From assembly GCA_964468655.1 (NCBI GenBank), contig CAYXUG010000002.1:920-64919 (forward strand): a stretch of 64,000 bases of DNA. The letters run 5' to 3'. Both the position numbers and the translations under genes were made by a program. Each line of letters starts with the position of its first letter. Position 1 is the first letter of the stretch. Of the stretch, positions 28,048 through 38,055 are shown piece after piece. Source of the DNA: an uncultured bacterium. Its GTDB lineage: Bacteria > Fidelibacterota > Marinisomatia > Marinisomatales > CAYXUG01. A model generated the notes under the pieces. The model searched no databases and was not told the DNA's origin. It was given only the letters and a program-made list of their open reading frames with translations.

Positions 28048-28185
28048 TGAGTGTTACATTTTCAAAATTATCAATTATTCAGAAATAAAATTTACAAAGT
28101 CCTATCTTATTGGCAAACCCCTTTAAAACAATTAAAATTTTTGTTATAAATGAGCTTGTTCATTAATCAAGATTGTTGATAGATT

Positions 28186-29847
28186 ATGAAAACTCCTGAG
28201 AAATTTCATATGTCATCTGAACAGCAACCACAATTTTCCAAAGGAATAGATTTGTTACACAACCCTGCCCTGAATAAGGGGACTGCCTTTTCAGAAAAGG
28301 AAAGGGAACTTCTGGGGCTGAAAGGGCTCCTTCCTCCAAGGATTTCCACCATTGAAGATCAGGAAATCCGAATTCTTGAAAATTATAGAAAGCAGTCCAA
28401 TGATCTTGAGAAATATGTTTATCTAATGTCTCTTCAAGACAGGAATGAAGTTTTATTTTATTACCTTCTTATGAATCATATTGAGGAAATGATGCCCATT
28501 GTGTACACGCCAACAGTTGGGAAGGCATGCCAGGAATACGGTCACATTTTCCGAAGACCCAGGGGGATTTTTATTTCGATTGAGAATAGGGATGAAGTTG
28601 CAGACATTCTTAGGAACTGGCCTGATAAGGATATTAGAATAATTGTCGTTACCGATGGAGAAAGAATATTAGGACTTGGAGATTTGGGAGCTAACGGAAT
28701 GGGAATCCCAGTGGGAAAACTGAATCTCTATACAGCTTGCGCCGGAATTCCGCCCTCTATGTGTCTGCCGGTGACCCTTGATGTGGGCACGGATAATGGG
28801 AAATTGTTAAAGGACCCGCTCTACATTGGTTCGCATCACAGGCGCATTCGTGGCAATGAATATGATGAATTATTAGATGAATTTATGGAAGCGGTAAGTG
28901 AAGTTTTCCCGAAAGCAGTTATTCAGTTTGAAGATTTTGGAAATGCAAACGCGTATCGCCTCCTTCAGAAATATAAAGACAAATACTGTACATTTAATGA
29001 CGATATACAGGGTACGGCTGCTGTATCTTTAGCAGGGTTGCTTTCTTCCCTCAGAATAACCGGAGGAAAGCTTTCAGATCAGAAAGTGTTATTTCTGGGT
29101 GCCGGTACAGCAGGTATCGGGATTGGCGATCTGATTGTGCGTGCTCTTGTGAAGGATGGTTTTGCTGAGGATCAAGCGAGGAAACGATGCTGGTTTTTTG
29201 ATTCTAAAGGACTTTTGAATTCAGACCGAAAGGATATTCAGGTCCATCAACGGATATTTGCTCACCATCATCTGCCGATAGGCAGTTTCAAAGATGCTGT
29301 AAAATCAATTCGACCAACAGCCATCATTGGTGTCTCCGGACAACCTGGACTTTTTACTAAAGATGTAATTCAAACAATGGCTGAAATCAACGAACGCCCA
29401 ATCATTTTTGCTCTTTCAAATCCAACTTCACGATCAGAGTGTACGGCAGAACAGACCTACAAATGGTCTGATGGAAGAGCCATTTTTGCAAGCGGCAGTC
29501 CTTTTGAAGAAGTACAGTTTGAAGAAAACACATTTCATCCCGGGCAGGGGAACAATGCCTATATTTTCCCGGGAGTTGGATTGGGACTGATTGTATCAGG
29601 CGCCGAAAGAGTTGCCGATAACGTTTTCTACGTTGCAGCAAAAAAAATGGCTGAACTGGTGTCAGATGAAGATTTAGAAAGAGGGGCTATTTTTCCGTCT
29701 ATAACTGATATACGCGGTGTATCATTTGAAATTGGAACTTCAGTTATGGAATCAGTTAATGGGTTATCTGAAAATTTACCCTCAGAAATCTCAGAGAAAA
29801 TTTCCTCATTTATGTATGAACCGCAATATATGGAGTTGCTTATTTGA
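28186..29847 (+). CDS. maeA: NAD(P)-dependent malic enzyme (large, oxaloacetate-decarboxylating type)
   Basis: 553 aa. Family motifs are NPALNKGTAFSEKER, VYTPTVGKAC, VVTDGERILGLGDLG, FNDDIQGTAAV and GAGTAGIGI. Confidence 0.9.
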   Translation: MKTPEKFHMSSEQQPQFSKGIDLLHNPALNKGTAFSEKERELLGLKGLLPPRISTIEDQEIRILENYRKQSNDLEKYVYLMSLQDRNEVLFYYLLMNHIEEMMPIVYTPTVGKACQEYGHIFRRPRGIFISIENRDEVADILRNWPDKDIRIIVVTDGERILGLGDLGANGMGIPVGKLNLYTACAGIPPSMCLPVTLDVGTDNGKLLKDPLYIGSHHRRIRGNEYDELLDEFMEAVSEVFPKAVIQFEDFGNANAYRLLQKYKDKYCTFNDDIQGTAAVSLAGLLSSLRITGGKLSDQKVLFLGAGTAGIGIGDLIVRALVKDGFAEDQARKRCWFFDSKGLLNSDRKDIQVHQRIFAHHHLPIGSFKDAVKSIRPTAIIGVSGQPGLFTKDVIQTMAEINERPIIFALSNPTSRSECTAEQTYKWSDGRAIFASGSPFEEVQFEENTFHPGQGNNAYIFPGVGLGLIVSGAERVADNVFYVAAKKMAELVSDEDLERGAIFPSITDIRGVSFEIGTSVMESVNGLSENLPSEISEKISSFMYEPQYMELLI

Positions 29848-30953
29848 GAATTTATTTTATTATAATTTTATTATTATTCATGTCCTGCGAGCCCCTTGTC
29901 AACACATTTGAAAATGTTGAGAATGCAGAGCTCTATCGTGCAAATGTGATTACAGTTCCGGCAGTAGTTCCGGATACACTGAAAGTAATGACATGGAATA
30001 TTCGTTTTGGCGCAGGTAGGATTCCATGGTTTGGTGATGGGTGTGGTGACAGGGTGATTTTAACTGAATCAGAGGTAATGTCAGGATTGAATTCAATTGC
30101 GACATTTATCAACTCTGAAAACCTTGATATAATCTTATTGCAGGAAGTGGATGTTTTCAGCAAACGGACAGCATACGTTGATCAGGTGCAATGGCTTTTG
30201 GATAACACCGGTTTCAACTATGGTGCATTTGCCTCAATGTGGGAAGCGCAGGTAATTCCCAGTGACGGTTTGGGAAGAGTAAATACAGGGAATGCCATTT
30301 TATCCAAATGGAATATAACAGATGCAGAAAGAATCCAACTGCCACTGAGAGGTGATCAGGAAGGATTGGTTCAATATTTTTTTCTTCGGAGAAATATTCT
30401 GAAAGCGAAAATAAATGTTTCTGCAGAAAATGATTTTTATGCAGTCAACATTCATGCCACAGCTTTTGCAACCGATGATACAAAACAGAAACACATTGAC
30501 AAATTTAAAGTAACCTTGGCTGAACTGAATGACATGGAGACATTTTTTGTTGCAGGCGGCGATTTGAATTCCATTCCACCGAATGCATCTTTTTTTGATT
30601 TTTGTGAGATTGATAAATGCGCAGGCGAAATAGTTCACACAGAGGCAGATGGCGGTCCACACCTTAACGGAAGTTATTTTAATAATTTTAATGGTGAACA
30701 GACTCTTCTCCAACCACTGTATGAAGTTTATTTTCCTGCTGTTGATATCAGTTATGAGCACGGCTCGGAAGACAGCAGTTACACCCACACCACGTGGAAT
30801 ACTGCTGAAGAAACCGAAAGAGATTGGGACAGAAAACTTGATTATCTTTTTTCAAATAAAAGCTGGGTGGTAGAATCCGGAGAATCTCATCAGGATGCTT
30901 TTTATCTTTCAGATCATGCGCCAGTTTCAGCAAAAATAGAAACACTGGAATGA
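29844..30953 (+). CDS. endonuclease/exonuclease/phosphatase (EEP) family lipoprotein
   Basis: 369 aa. A TTG start overlaps the upstream stop. A lipobox-like LLLFMSC is present. EEP motifs are MTWNIRFG, ILLQEVD and the terminal SDHAPV. Confidence 0.75.
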   Translation: MRIYFIIILLLFMSCEPLVNTFENVENAELYRANVITVPAVVPDTLKVMTWNIRFGAGRIPWFGDGCGDRVILTESEVMSGLNSIATFINSENLDIILLQEVDVFSKRTAYVDQVQWLLDNTGFNYGAFASMWEAQVIPSDGLGRVNTGNAILSKWNITDAERIQLPLRGDQEGLVQYFFLRRNILKAKINVSAENDFYAVNIHATAFATDDTKQKHIDKFKVTLAELNDMETFFVAGGDLNSIPPNASFFDFCEIDKCAGEIVHTEADGGPHLNGSYFNNFNGEQTLLQPLYEVYFPAVDISYEHGSEDSSYTHTTWNTAEETERDWDRKLDYLFSNKSWVVESGESHQDAFYLSDHAPVSAKIETLE

Positions 30954-31759
30954 TCATTCGAAAAAAAACAGTATTCCTACTTGGATTAATAACCACAACC
31001 ATTATTGCTGAAAATCAGAACTGGTCTACCGGCACTGCTTATACGATGCAAAAAGGTCGATGGGAAGTAGGTATTTTCCAACCACTTCGTTATGGATTTA
31101 AAAACAACATTGAATTATCAACCCATCCTGTCTGGAACTTTCTTATACCAAATTTTTCCATGAAAAAAATCTGGTCATCTCATAATGAATTGGCTTTTTC
31201 ATCCCGCCATAATATTGTATATCCAACCCCCATGTTTAAATGGCTTCAAAGTCCATTGGGGAAAGAACTGGGCGAACCGGATAAATTTGCCCTGATATCA
31301 CCCGAGTTTGAAATCCCCCCTATTATATCATTTCATAATGAACTTTTAATGAGCCGACCTATTAGTAGAGGCGGAGTCACATTTAAAGCCGGAATGACAT
31401 TTGCATTTATCTCCGGCGAGTTGGATGAGCGCGTAACTATTGATCTGCCTGTTGTATTCCACAGAATGATAGTGATGCAGAATGGATATGGCTTTAATGT
31501 TGGTGTTGATTATTTGTATCAATTAACGGCCAAATTTTTACTATGGACTGATGTTGATTTTATTTTAATCCCGGGAGTTGATGAAGACATTGCTATTGAA
31601 AATAAAGGAATTTTGATCTATGAAAGGAACCATAATTTCAGAACACTGATAGGATACAAACTGATTTATGGGAAATACCCTGCCGGATATCCTCTCGATT
31701 TCAAATCATTTTTACATATTCTCCCTATATTGGATTTACAGTGGGGTTGGGGATTCTGA
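30950..31759 (+). CDS. secreted hypothetical protein (possibly an outer-membrane protein)
   Basis: 269 aa. It has an ATGA overlap with the upstream gene, a signal peptide, and a beta-rich aromatic pattern ending in ...QWGWGF. Confidence 0.45.
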   Translation: MIIRKKTVFLLGLITTTIIAENQNWSTGTAYTMQKGRWEVGIFQPLRYGFKNNIELSTHPVWNFLIPNFSMKKIWSSHNELAFSSRHNIVYPTPMFKWLQSPLGKELGEPDKFALISPEFEIPPIISFHNELLMSRPISRGGVTFKAGMTFAFISGELDERVTIDLPVVFHRMIVMQNGYGFNVGVDYLYQLTAKFLLWTDVDFILIPGVDEDIAIENKGILIYERNHNFRTLIGYKLIYGKYPAGYPLDFKSFLHILPILDLQWGWGF

Positions 31760-31774
31760 TATTTTTGGTTCAGT

Positions 31775-32191
31775 ATGCCGCTTGTGAAAAACAAACCAAT
31801 TCTGATGTATGATGGTGACTGCTCGTTCTGTAAAATGTGGGTGAAAAAGTATCAATCCTTCGTTGGAGATAATGTTAAATTTGAACCCTATCAAAATGTG
31901 GCTTTAGATTTTCCTGAATTTCGCAAGAGAGAGTTTGAATCAGAAGTGAAATTAATTTTCCCTAATGGCACAAGATTAGGAGGGGCTGAAGCTGTGTTTG
32001 CCCTTTTCTCTTTACGCGGAGGAAATTATTATATCTGGAATTTGCTTTATAATAAATTTCCGCTGGTTGCGACCGCCTCTGAATTTGTTTACAAGCTGGT
32101 TGCTCGTAACAGAAAGATCGCTTCAAGAATCACAGAAATATTTTTACATGAAAAATATTTAGAAAAAAATAATGTTAAAACTTTCAGGTAA
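31775..32191 (+). CDS. thiol-disulfide oxidoreductase DCC family (DUF393)
   Basis: 138 aa. The N-terminal YDGDCSFCKMWV is the family's CxxC signature. Confidence 0.75.
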   Translation: MPLVKNKPILMYDGDCSFCKMWVKKYQSFVGDNVKFEPYQNVALDFPEFRKREFESEVKLIFPNGTRLGGAEAVFALFSLRGGNYYIWNLLYNKFPLVATASEFVYKLVARNRKIASRITEIFLHEKYLEKNNVKTFR

Positions 32192-32231
32192 AGTTATATT
32201 TTTACGTGACTATATATAATGTATAAGACAA

Positions 32232-33125
32232 ATGGCGAAAAAACAGTTTAAACTTGTAGTTAATCCATACGGCGGAACCAAAAAAGGATTGGGGATTCTG
32301 GGACAGATTAAACCTGTCTTTGAAAGTGCTGATATGGAATTGGAGATTTATGAAACGGAGTACGCAGGTCACGCAAGAGAAATCATAAATACCACTTACC
32401 TTTCTGATTGCGACGGTTTTATTTCAATTGGAGGAGATGGGACAGCTCACGAAGTTGTGAACGGACTTCTTACCCGGGAAGATGGAATGAAAGTGCCTAT
32501 CGGAGTGATTCCGGGAGGCACTGGGAATTCATTCATGCATGATCTGGATTGCCTTGATCCTGTTGAAGCTGCAAAAAAAATTGTGGGGGGAAACACACAG
32601 GAAATTGATGTCATGGACTTGAGAATGAATGGAGACCAGCTTTATTCGTTCCACATGGTGGGCTGGGGTATGGTGAATGATATCACCATTACTTCTGAAA
32701 AAATCAGATGGATGGGTGAAAGTCGATACACAGTTTCAACCCTATACCATGTTGTCAAATTGAGAGCCAGATCGGCAAACCTAATTATTGATGACGATGA
32801 AAATGTAGGTGAATTTGTTTTTGTCATTGCCTGTAATACAAAGTATATCGGCGGCAATATGCTTATGGCGCCAAAGGCAGATATAAATGATGGCATTATT
32901 GATCTTTTGGTTGTACGGGAACCGAAAAGATTTCAGGTACTTAAAATTTTCCCAAAAGTGTTTAACGGTACTCATATTGATTCGCCAATCGTGGAATATT
33001 ATCGGGTTAAAAAGTTTTCCATCATTCCGGATGAAAATGAATGTCTGAATATTGATGGCGAATTAGCTGGCATGACTCCCCTATCTGCCGAATTGATTAA
33101 AAGCGCCTTTTCTATTTTTATTTAA
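32232..33125 (+). CDS. diacylglycerol kinase-family lipid kinase (YegS/BmrU-like)
   Basis: 297 aa with the motifs VNPYGGTKKG and GGDGTAHEVVNGL...IPGGTGNSF. Confidence 0.8.
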   Translation: MAKKQFKLVVNPYGGTKKGLGILGQIKPVFESADMELEIYETEYAGHAREIINTTYLSDCDGFISIGGDGTAHEVVNGLLTREDGMKVPIGVIPGGTGNSFMHDLDCLDPVEAAKKIVGGNTQEIDVMDLRMNGDQLYSFHMVGWGMVNDITITSEKIRWMGESRYTVSTLYHVVKLRARSANLIIDDDENVGEFVFVIACNTKYIGGNMLMAPKADINDGIIDLLVVREPKRFQVLKIFPKVFNGTHIDSPIVEYYRVKKFSIIPDENECLNIDGELAGMTPLSAELIKSAFSIFI

Positions 33126-33134
33126 CTTCCTATT

Positions 33135-34013
33135 GTGAAATCCCGAATTGCGATCTTTCTGGGGATTGCTCTATTAGCAATAAGCATGTCTCCCATCTTA
33201 GCGCGAATGCTGCCTGCTGTTCCCGCAGTCTCCATTGCTTTTTGGAGAATGGCAAGCGCTACGATGATTCTGTGGGGGACCAGTTCAGTGAAACCATTCG
33301 GAACATTAAGCAGAGATGATCGAAGACTCGCGGTCATTGCAGGTGTTTTTCTTGGATTTCATTTTGCCTTTTTCTTTGGAGCGCTCAAACTTACAACCAT
33401 TGCCAATGCCACTGTGCTGGGAACTATGGCGCCGGTTTTTTCAGCGCTGATTGAAAGATTTTTTTACAATAGAAAATTCAATAGGCAGATGATATTAGGA
33501 CTTTTAGTTGCCATACTGGGAGCTGTCGTTATTCATGGGGGAAAGTTTAGCTTGGATGATTCGCACACTGTTGGAAGCATTCTTGCCTTGATCTGTTCAT
33601 TCTGGATTGCTATGTCTCTGTTATTGGCTGAAAGGGTCAGGCAGAATGCCGGAACATTTCTTTATTGCAGAACACTATATGGTTCTTCAAGTGTAGTTTT
33701 GATTATTATTGTGGTGTTAATGAAAAGACAACTATTTGGATTTTCTTCTGAAGATTACTTATGGCTTGGGATGTTAGGGTTGTTCCCCACGGTGGTGGGG
33801 CACACGGGGTTTAATTATGCTGTCAAATATATTTCTCCCACAATTGTTGCGGCAATCCCGCTTGGGGAACCGGTTGTGGCATCAATATTAGGGTGGATTA
33901 TATTTGGTGAAAGTGTGGGTTTTCAGGTTATTGCAGGGGGAGTCATTACACTTACCGGCCTGTTTATACTGATTACTTCAAAACGTTTTACTTTTGTAAT
34001 GCCTGGGGATTAG
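33135..34013 (+). CDS. EamA/DMT-family transporter
   Basis: 292 aa with a GTG start. It has about 10 TM segments arranged as two EamA-like halves. Confidence 0.75.
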   Translation: MKSRIAIFLGIALLAISMSPILARMLPAVPAVSIAFWRMASATMILWGTSSVKPFGTLSRDDRRLAVIAGVFLGFHFAFFFGALKLTTIANATVLGTMAPVFSALIERFFYNRKFNRQMILGLLVAILGAVVIHGGKFSLDDSHTVGSILALICSFWIAMSLLLAERVRQNAGTFLYCRTLYGSSSVVLIIIVVLMKRQLFGFSSEDYLWLGMLGLFPTVVGHTGFNYAVKYISPTIVAAIPLGEPVVASILGWIIFGESVGFQVIAGGVITLTGLFILITSKRFTFVMPGD

Positions 34014-35370
34014 TGAGAAGTCCATGTGGAACGGAAGAAGTATTTAGCGGGAGATCAAGAAGTTCTGCAATAACAGCAGCAACCTGAGTAATATGCATTT
34101 TTTCCAGAACGACGCCTTCTTCAATTCTTCTTCCAATAGCAAAAAAGGTTGTTTTTAGTTCCGGGTTGGAAGGATCTCCCCCATGTGACCCGCCGTTGAT
34201 TTGTTCTAAAAATTGACTCTCCCACACACGAGTGAAATAGTAACCGGGATTTGAAATGAGTACAAATTCTGCTGGAATGTAATTTTGACATACTTCGGGG
34301 AGTTCATCCGAATTAAAGAATTCCCAATAGTGAGATTCTTCAAGTAATTTTTTTAGTTTGCCTTTTGTTTTATCATCATTCGGATTTTTTAACCTGATGA
34401 AAGCAGATCCGCCTGCAGAGTGACAGAATGCATTCCAGTCTTTAACCGTACCATCTTCCTGAACATTGATAAATCCATTTTCCACTAATAATGCATTCAA
34501 ATTGATTCTTGTGTTATGATCCACAAAGCCGTGATCACCCGTAACAATGACAGTGGTGTAATCCCATTGATTCAATTCTGTAATAAGGTTTAAAACCGAA
34601 CCAATCAGTGAATCGGCAAACATATATGCTTCAAATGCTTCCTGAGAATTTTTCCCATAATCGTGCTGGTGAAAATCAGTTTGGATTATATGATAACCGG
34701 TCAAATGGGGTAGTTTTTTTCTAAAGAGTGTTTTAAACATTTTGTGTAGATTCAGATCTCTTGTGAAGCCTTCAGTAGCGTCATCGCCGACATCTAATTT
34801 ACCGCTGAGAGCAAAATATTCAATTAACCACCAAGGTTTGTCATGTTTACGGACGACCTGCAGCGTTGAAATGTCATCTGATTCTGATTTAATCTCAGGT
34901 ACCAGATAATTAAATGGCCCTCCAACGGACACTGACCAGGACACTCCTGCAGTTACCAAATCTTTTTCTTTTGCGAGATTAAATACTGTAGGTGTCCTGA
35001 TGCTGTCTGAGTACCAGTACCACTTTTTAAATTTTGCGGTAGAATCAAAAAGAGTATTATGAATTATCCCGTGGTCTTTTGGTAAAACACCGGTGATCAT
35101 TGAAGTGTGGCTGGGATATGTCAAAGAGGGAAACACGGTTGTTACTTCTTGAATATGAGTACCACCATGTTTCAAGCGCTTGAAGTTATGCAACCGAGAC
35201 TCAGAAAAATTTTGATAGTTTGGACTACTGAAAATTTCAGCCCGTAATCCGTCAACGGATATTAAAATAATTTTTGAATCAGTTTCGCCACCTCTAGGAA
35301 GACATCCGGAAAAGATGGATATTCCAACTAAAAGGATATATTTAACTACAGATTTGGAGTCTTTTGCCAG
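33988..35370 (-). CDS. nucleotide pyrophosphatase/phosphodiesterase (alkaline-phosphatase superfamily) lipoprotein; start codon unresolved
   Basis: The listed ORF starts at TTG 35193, but the frame stays open upstream to a TAA at 35374-35376. That upstream stretch encodes a lipoprotein signal (KYILLVGISIFSGC) and the conserved metal-site block ILISVDGLRAE. The nucleophile block FPSLTYPSHTSMITG follows. The only conventional-like start in the extension is CTG (rc of 35368-35370). The 3' end overlaps the convergent EamA gene by 26 nt. Confidence 0.7.
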   Translation of the reverse strand: MAKDSKSVVKYILLVGISIFSGCLPRGGETDSKIILISVDGLRAEIFSSPNYQNFSESRLHNFKRLKHGGTHIQEVTTVFPSLTYPSHTSMITGVLPKDHGIIHNTLFDSTAKFKKWYWYSDSIRTPTVFNLAKEKDLVTAGVSWSVSVGGPFNYLVPEIKSESDDISTLQVVRKHDKPWWLIEYFALSGKLDVGDDATEGFTRDLNLHKMFKTLFRKKLPHLTGYHIIQTDFHQHDYGKNSQEAFEAYMFADSLIGSVLNLITELNQWDYTTVIVTGDHGFVDHNTRINLNALLVENGFINVQEDGTVKDWNAFCHSAGGSAFIRLKNPNDDKTKGKLKKLLEESHYWEFFNSDELPEVCQNYIPAEFVLISNPGYYFTRVWESQFLEQINGGSHGGDPSNPELKTTFFAIGRRIEEGVVLEKMHITQVAAVIAELLDLPLNTSSVPHGLLTNPQALQK

Positions 35371-35423
35371 GGTTTAATTGGATAAAGATTATTAGAAAGG
35401 TTTGAAATCAGATGAAAATCAAA

Positions 35424-36938
35424 CTATTTAAGCAGTACCAATTTCTGAGTTTTCCGGAAAGAAAAATTCTGTCTGAATGGAGATAAACTTTCACCACTCA
35501 TGTGAACAAAGTAGGTACCACTGGCCAATTCGTTTGCATCCCAATTGATGCGATAAGTGCCCGGTTCTATGAATTTATTGAACAATGTTTCAACCCTTCT
35601 TCCTAGAACGTCATACGCATTAATAGTAACATGACTGAAAGATGAAATTTCGAAAACAATTTCCGTAGCTGCATTAAATGGATTTGGGAATGAATTTAAT
35701 GATTCTTTTTGCGGTAGTAATATTTCGGGATTACTTATTTCCACAGCGGTTGAATCATCAATTAACTCATCAATCCAGTAAAAGGCACCGAATAAAATTA
35801 GAATGGCTGCCTCAGAGTGGCCACCGCAAGGGCATTCTACCAATTCAACATTATTAGTATCAGCTCCATTTGCAATAAATGTGTTATAGGCAAGCACAGA
35901 GTTTTCAAAAGGAATCAGTTCATCATCGGGGCTGTGAAATAGTTTAAGAGGAGACTGGGGTATCCAATCATAAAGATCATTTGCTCTCAATGCAACTCTT
36001 AGAGGATGGTCATTATTTACGGTGAAATCTTCAACAACCTCATCTTTAAGAATATGGATAGGAATGGAAGGCATTTCGGCATCTATTTCACCGCCGGTAT
36101 GTTCCCCATCAAATAGTGATGGCAAAACATCTGCGTATTCATCTTTCAAATAATCCGAGGGTGAATCGTATAAATTGTACATGTCATTATAGGCAAATAG
36201 CATATAAGGCAGATAGTAGGGTGATCCATATTCCTGTTCCGAAAGCATGAGTTCAGTCATAATCCCTGACATATCATAAGCACCGGCCCCCGGAGCGGAG
36301 GCAGTAATTTCAAATTCCTCAGGAAACTGTTCCTCAATCATTTTCTGTGCCGCAAGTGTTGCATATCCTCCTTCAGAATATCCCATAAGGAACAACTGAT
36401 CATTTAATTGGAGATTGTTTTCTTCGCTGAATGTTTTTGATGCCCGAATCAAATCAATGACAGAATTAGCAGTTGGTTCAGCCAATTGGTAAGGGTGCAG
36501 TATTTCAGATACACCCAGCCCCAGATAATCAGGCAAGAGCGTAATGTACCCGGATGAAGCTCCCCATAATCCTAATAGTCCATATATACCTTCGAAGCCG
36601 TACACGGACGGAACGTCGTCTCTCAGAACAACTGTACCATGTTGAAAACTAAGAAATGGGAGTGCATAATTAGCGCCGTGGGGAATTACTACAGCGCCTG
36701 AGGCGACTGCTGTATTATTTTGTGGATCCAGTGTTTCATAAGTAACACTATAAATTGAAGCAGGATATTCTGGATCAAATGGGAATAAATTGAATGGAAA
36801 TTGGTCAAAAACTGAATCAATTTCCTCTATGGTAAAATAATCCAGTAATGTGTAAGAGATAAGATCACCCGGCTCGGCTGACAATTGAACATTGCAGGTG
36901 AGGATAAATAGAGCGATTATTACGATTTTTTTAAACAT
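35424..36938 (-). CDS. secreted alpha/beta-hydrolase (lipase/esterase-like) with T9SS-type C-terminal sorting domain
   Basis: 504 aa with a signal peptide and a nucleophile elbow (GYSEGG). The C-terminus is SFPNPFNAATEIVFEIS...GTYFVHM...KLVLLK. Confidence 0.7.
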   Translation of the reverse strand: MFKKIVIIALFILTCNVQLSAEPGDLISYTLLDYFTIEEIDSVFDQFPFNLFPFDPEYPASIYSVTYETLDPQNNTAVASGAVVIPHGANYALPFLSFQHGTVVLRDDVPSVYGFEGIYGLLGLWGASSGYITLLPDYLGLGVSEILHPYQLAEPTANSVIDLIRASKTFSEENNLQLNDQLFLMGYSEGGYATLAAQKMIEEQFPEEFEITASAPGAGAYDMSGIMTELMLSEQEYGSPYYLPYMLFAYNDMYNLYDSPSDYLKDEYADVLPSLFDGEHTGGEIDAEMPSIPIHILKDEVVEDFTVNNDHPLRVALRANDLYDWIPQSPLKLFHSPDDELIPFENSVLAYNTFIANGADTNNVELVECPCGGHSEAAILILFGAFYWIDELIDDSTAVEISNPEILLPQKESLNSFPNPFNAATEIVFEISSFSHVTINAYDVLGRRVETLFNKFIEPGTYRINWDANELASGTYFVHMSGESLSPFRQNFSFRKTQKLVLLK

Positions 36939-36970
36939 TTTATGCTCCCTTGATTTATATGTTTATGTTT

Positions 36971-37897
36971 TTAACCTTCAAAGAAAAATAATTCTTTATC
37001 ATTTTCGAACTCAATAAATAGTTCTTTTAATGATTTTATGCTGAAATAACGATCTTGAATATCACTATAATCAAAACGAGTAAGTACTACTTTTTCCATA
37101 TCAAAGGGTATAATTTTAGAAAAGGATGACCCCCCTTTGCTACATGCAACAACATTCATAATTTCATCATAAGATGAAAGAATACCTGAGCCGTAAATAA
37201 CATGATTCATTTCATCATCATTTTTTTTATCACTTTGAAAGTCTGATTTTTCCATAATACCAAATTCATATGTCCACCATGCAAAATTTTGAAGACGCTT
37301 TAAGTTATGGGCGACCAAGTCATCTCCCAATCCCCGCTCATTTCGTATCAATTCCAATCCAACTTCACCCATCTTTTGCCACAAGTCAGCATATTCTTTG
37401 TTTATCAGAAGAGGGGAATGCCCCATAACATCATGAAATATATCGGGTTCAGGAGTGTATCCCTCTTCATTTTTAATATTTTTACCTGCATATTTTTCTT
37501 CAAATCGTTTTGATTGTCGAATAATATCGGTTACCGGGAATTGCCTTTGAGCAGTTAATGTGAAAAAGAGTTCTTCATTCAAGAACCCGGCGACAGGTGT
37601 CAGCACCCAGCCAGATGAAGGGTATATTTTTTCTGATAATTCCCCGAAATTTGGGAACTGGTTACTTGGAATTTTGAGCGCATCAAGTCCCTCAATGTAT
37701 TCCCTAGCAGCATAACGATTGAGTGCGTCTATTACATATGAATAAAGTTGTCCCCACAATCTATGTTCTCTACTAGTGATTGAATCGTAATTTTGTTCAA
37801 TGAGATATTCACTGTCTTTGGAGAATATTTTAATTCCCCCAATTGCATTTGGTATTACATTATCGAACAAGTCGTCGTATTTTTCTGTCATCACCAT
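36971..37897 (-). CDS. phhA: aromatic amino acid hydroxylase (phenylalanine-4-hydroxylase-like)
   Basis: 308 aa. The iron-binding motif is PDIFHDVMGHSPLL (H-x4-H), and a downstream AWWTYEFGIM supplies the Glu ligand region. Confidence 0.8.
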   Translation of the reverse strand: MVMTEKYDDLFDNVIPNAIGGIKIFSKDSEYLIEQNYDSITSREHRLWGQLYSYVIDALNRYAAREYIEGLDALKIPSNQFPNFGELSEKIYPSSGWVLTPVAGFLNEELFFTLTAQRQFPVTDIIRQSKRFEEKYAGKNIKNEEGYTPEPDIFHDVMGHSPLLINKEYADLWQKMGEVGLELIRNERGLGDDLVAHNLKRLQNFAWWTYEFGIMEKSDFQSDKKNDDEMNHVIYGSGILSSYDEIMNVVACSKGGSSFSKIIPFDMEKVVLTRFDYSDIQDRYFSIKSLKELFIEFENDKELFFFEG

Positions 37898-37976
37898 AAA
37901 CCTAAATTTACATAATTATAATGATTTTATCTTGAACTTATCAATAAAATTAATCAGAAAACTGTGTCATTTTTGC

Positions 37977-38005
37977 TTGACATTTTCAAGTGGTCATTAT
38001 ACAAT
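37977..38005 (+). promoter_or_regulatory. candidate sigma70-type promoter of the seven-gene motor operon
   Basis: TTGACA (37977-37982), a 17-nt spacer, then TACAAT (38000-38005), about 50 nt upstream of GTG 38056. The track's 37990 start would lie inside this promoter. Confidence 0.45.
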
Positions 38006-38055
38006 CATTTGCGCTGAATCGCTTCAGAACGTCCATAGATAATCCGAGGTCTTAC

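Noticed and set aside
30300-31002. 162-aa and 84-aa minus-strand ORFs opposite the EEP-family gene
   Set aside because: They are antisense shadows, Cys/Ile/Phe-rich and without family signal.
37990-38055. Track start (37990) for the first gene of the motor operon
   Set aside because: It would lie inside the TTGACA-17-TACAAT promoter and would add a non-signal-like 22 aa. GTG 38056 has GAGG upstream and begins a proper signal peptide.
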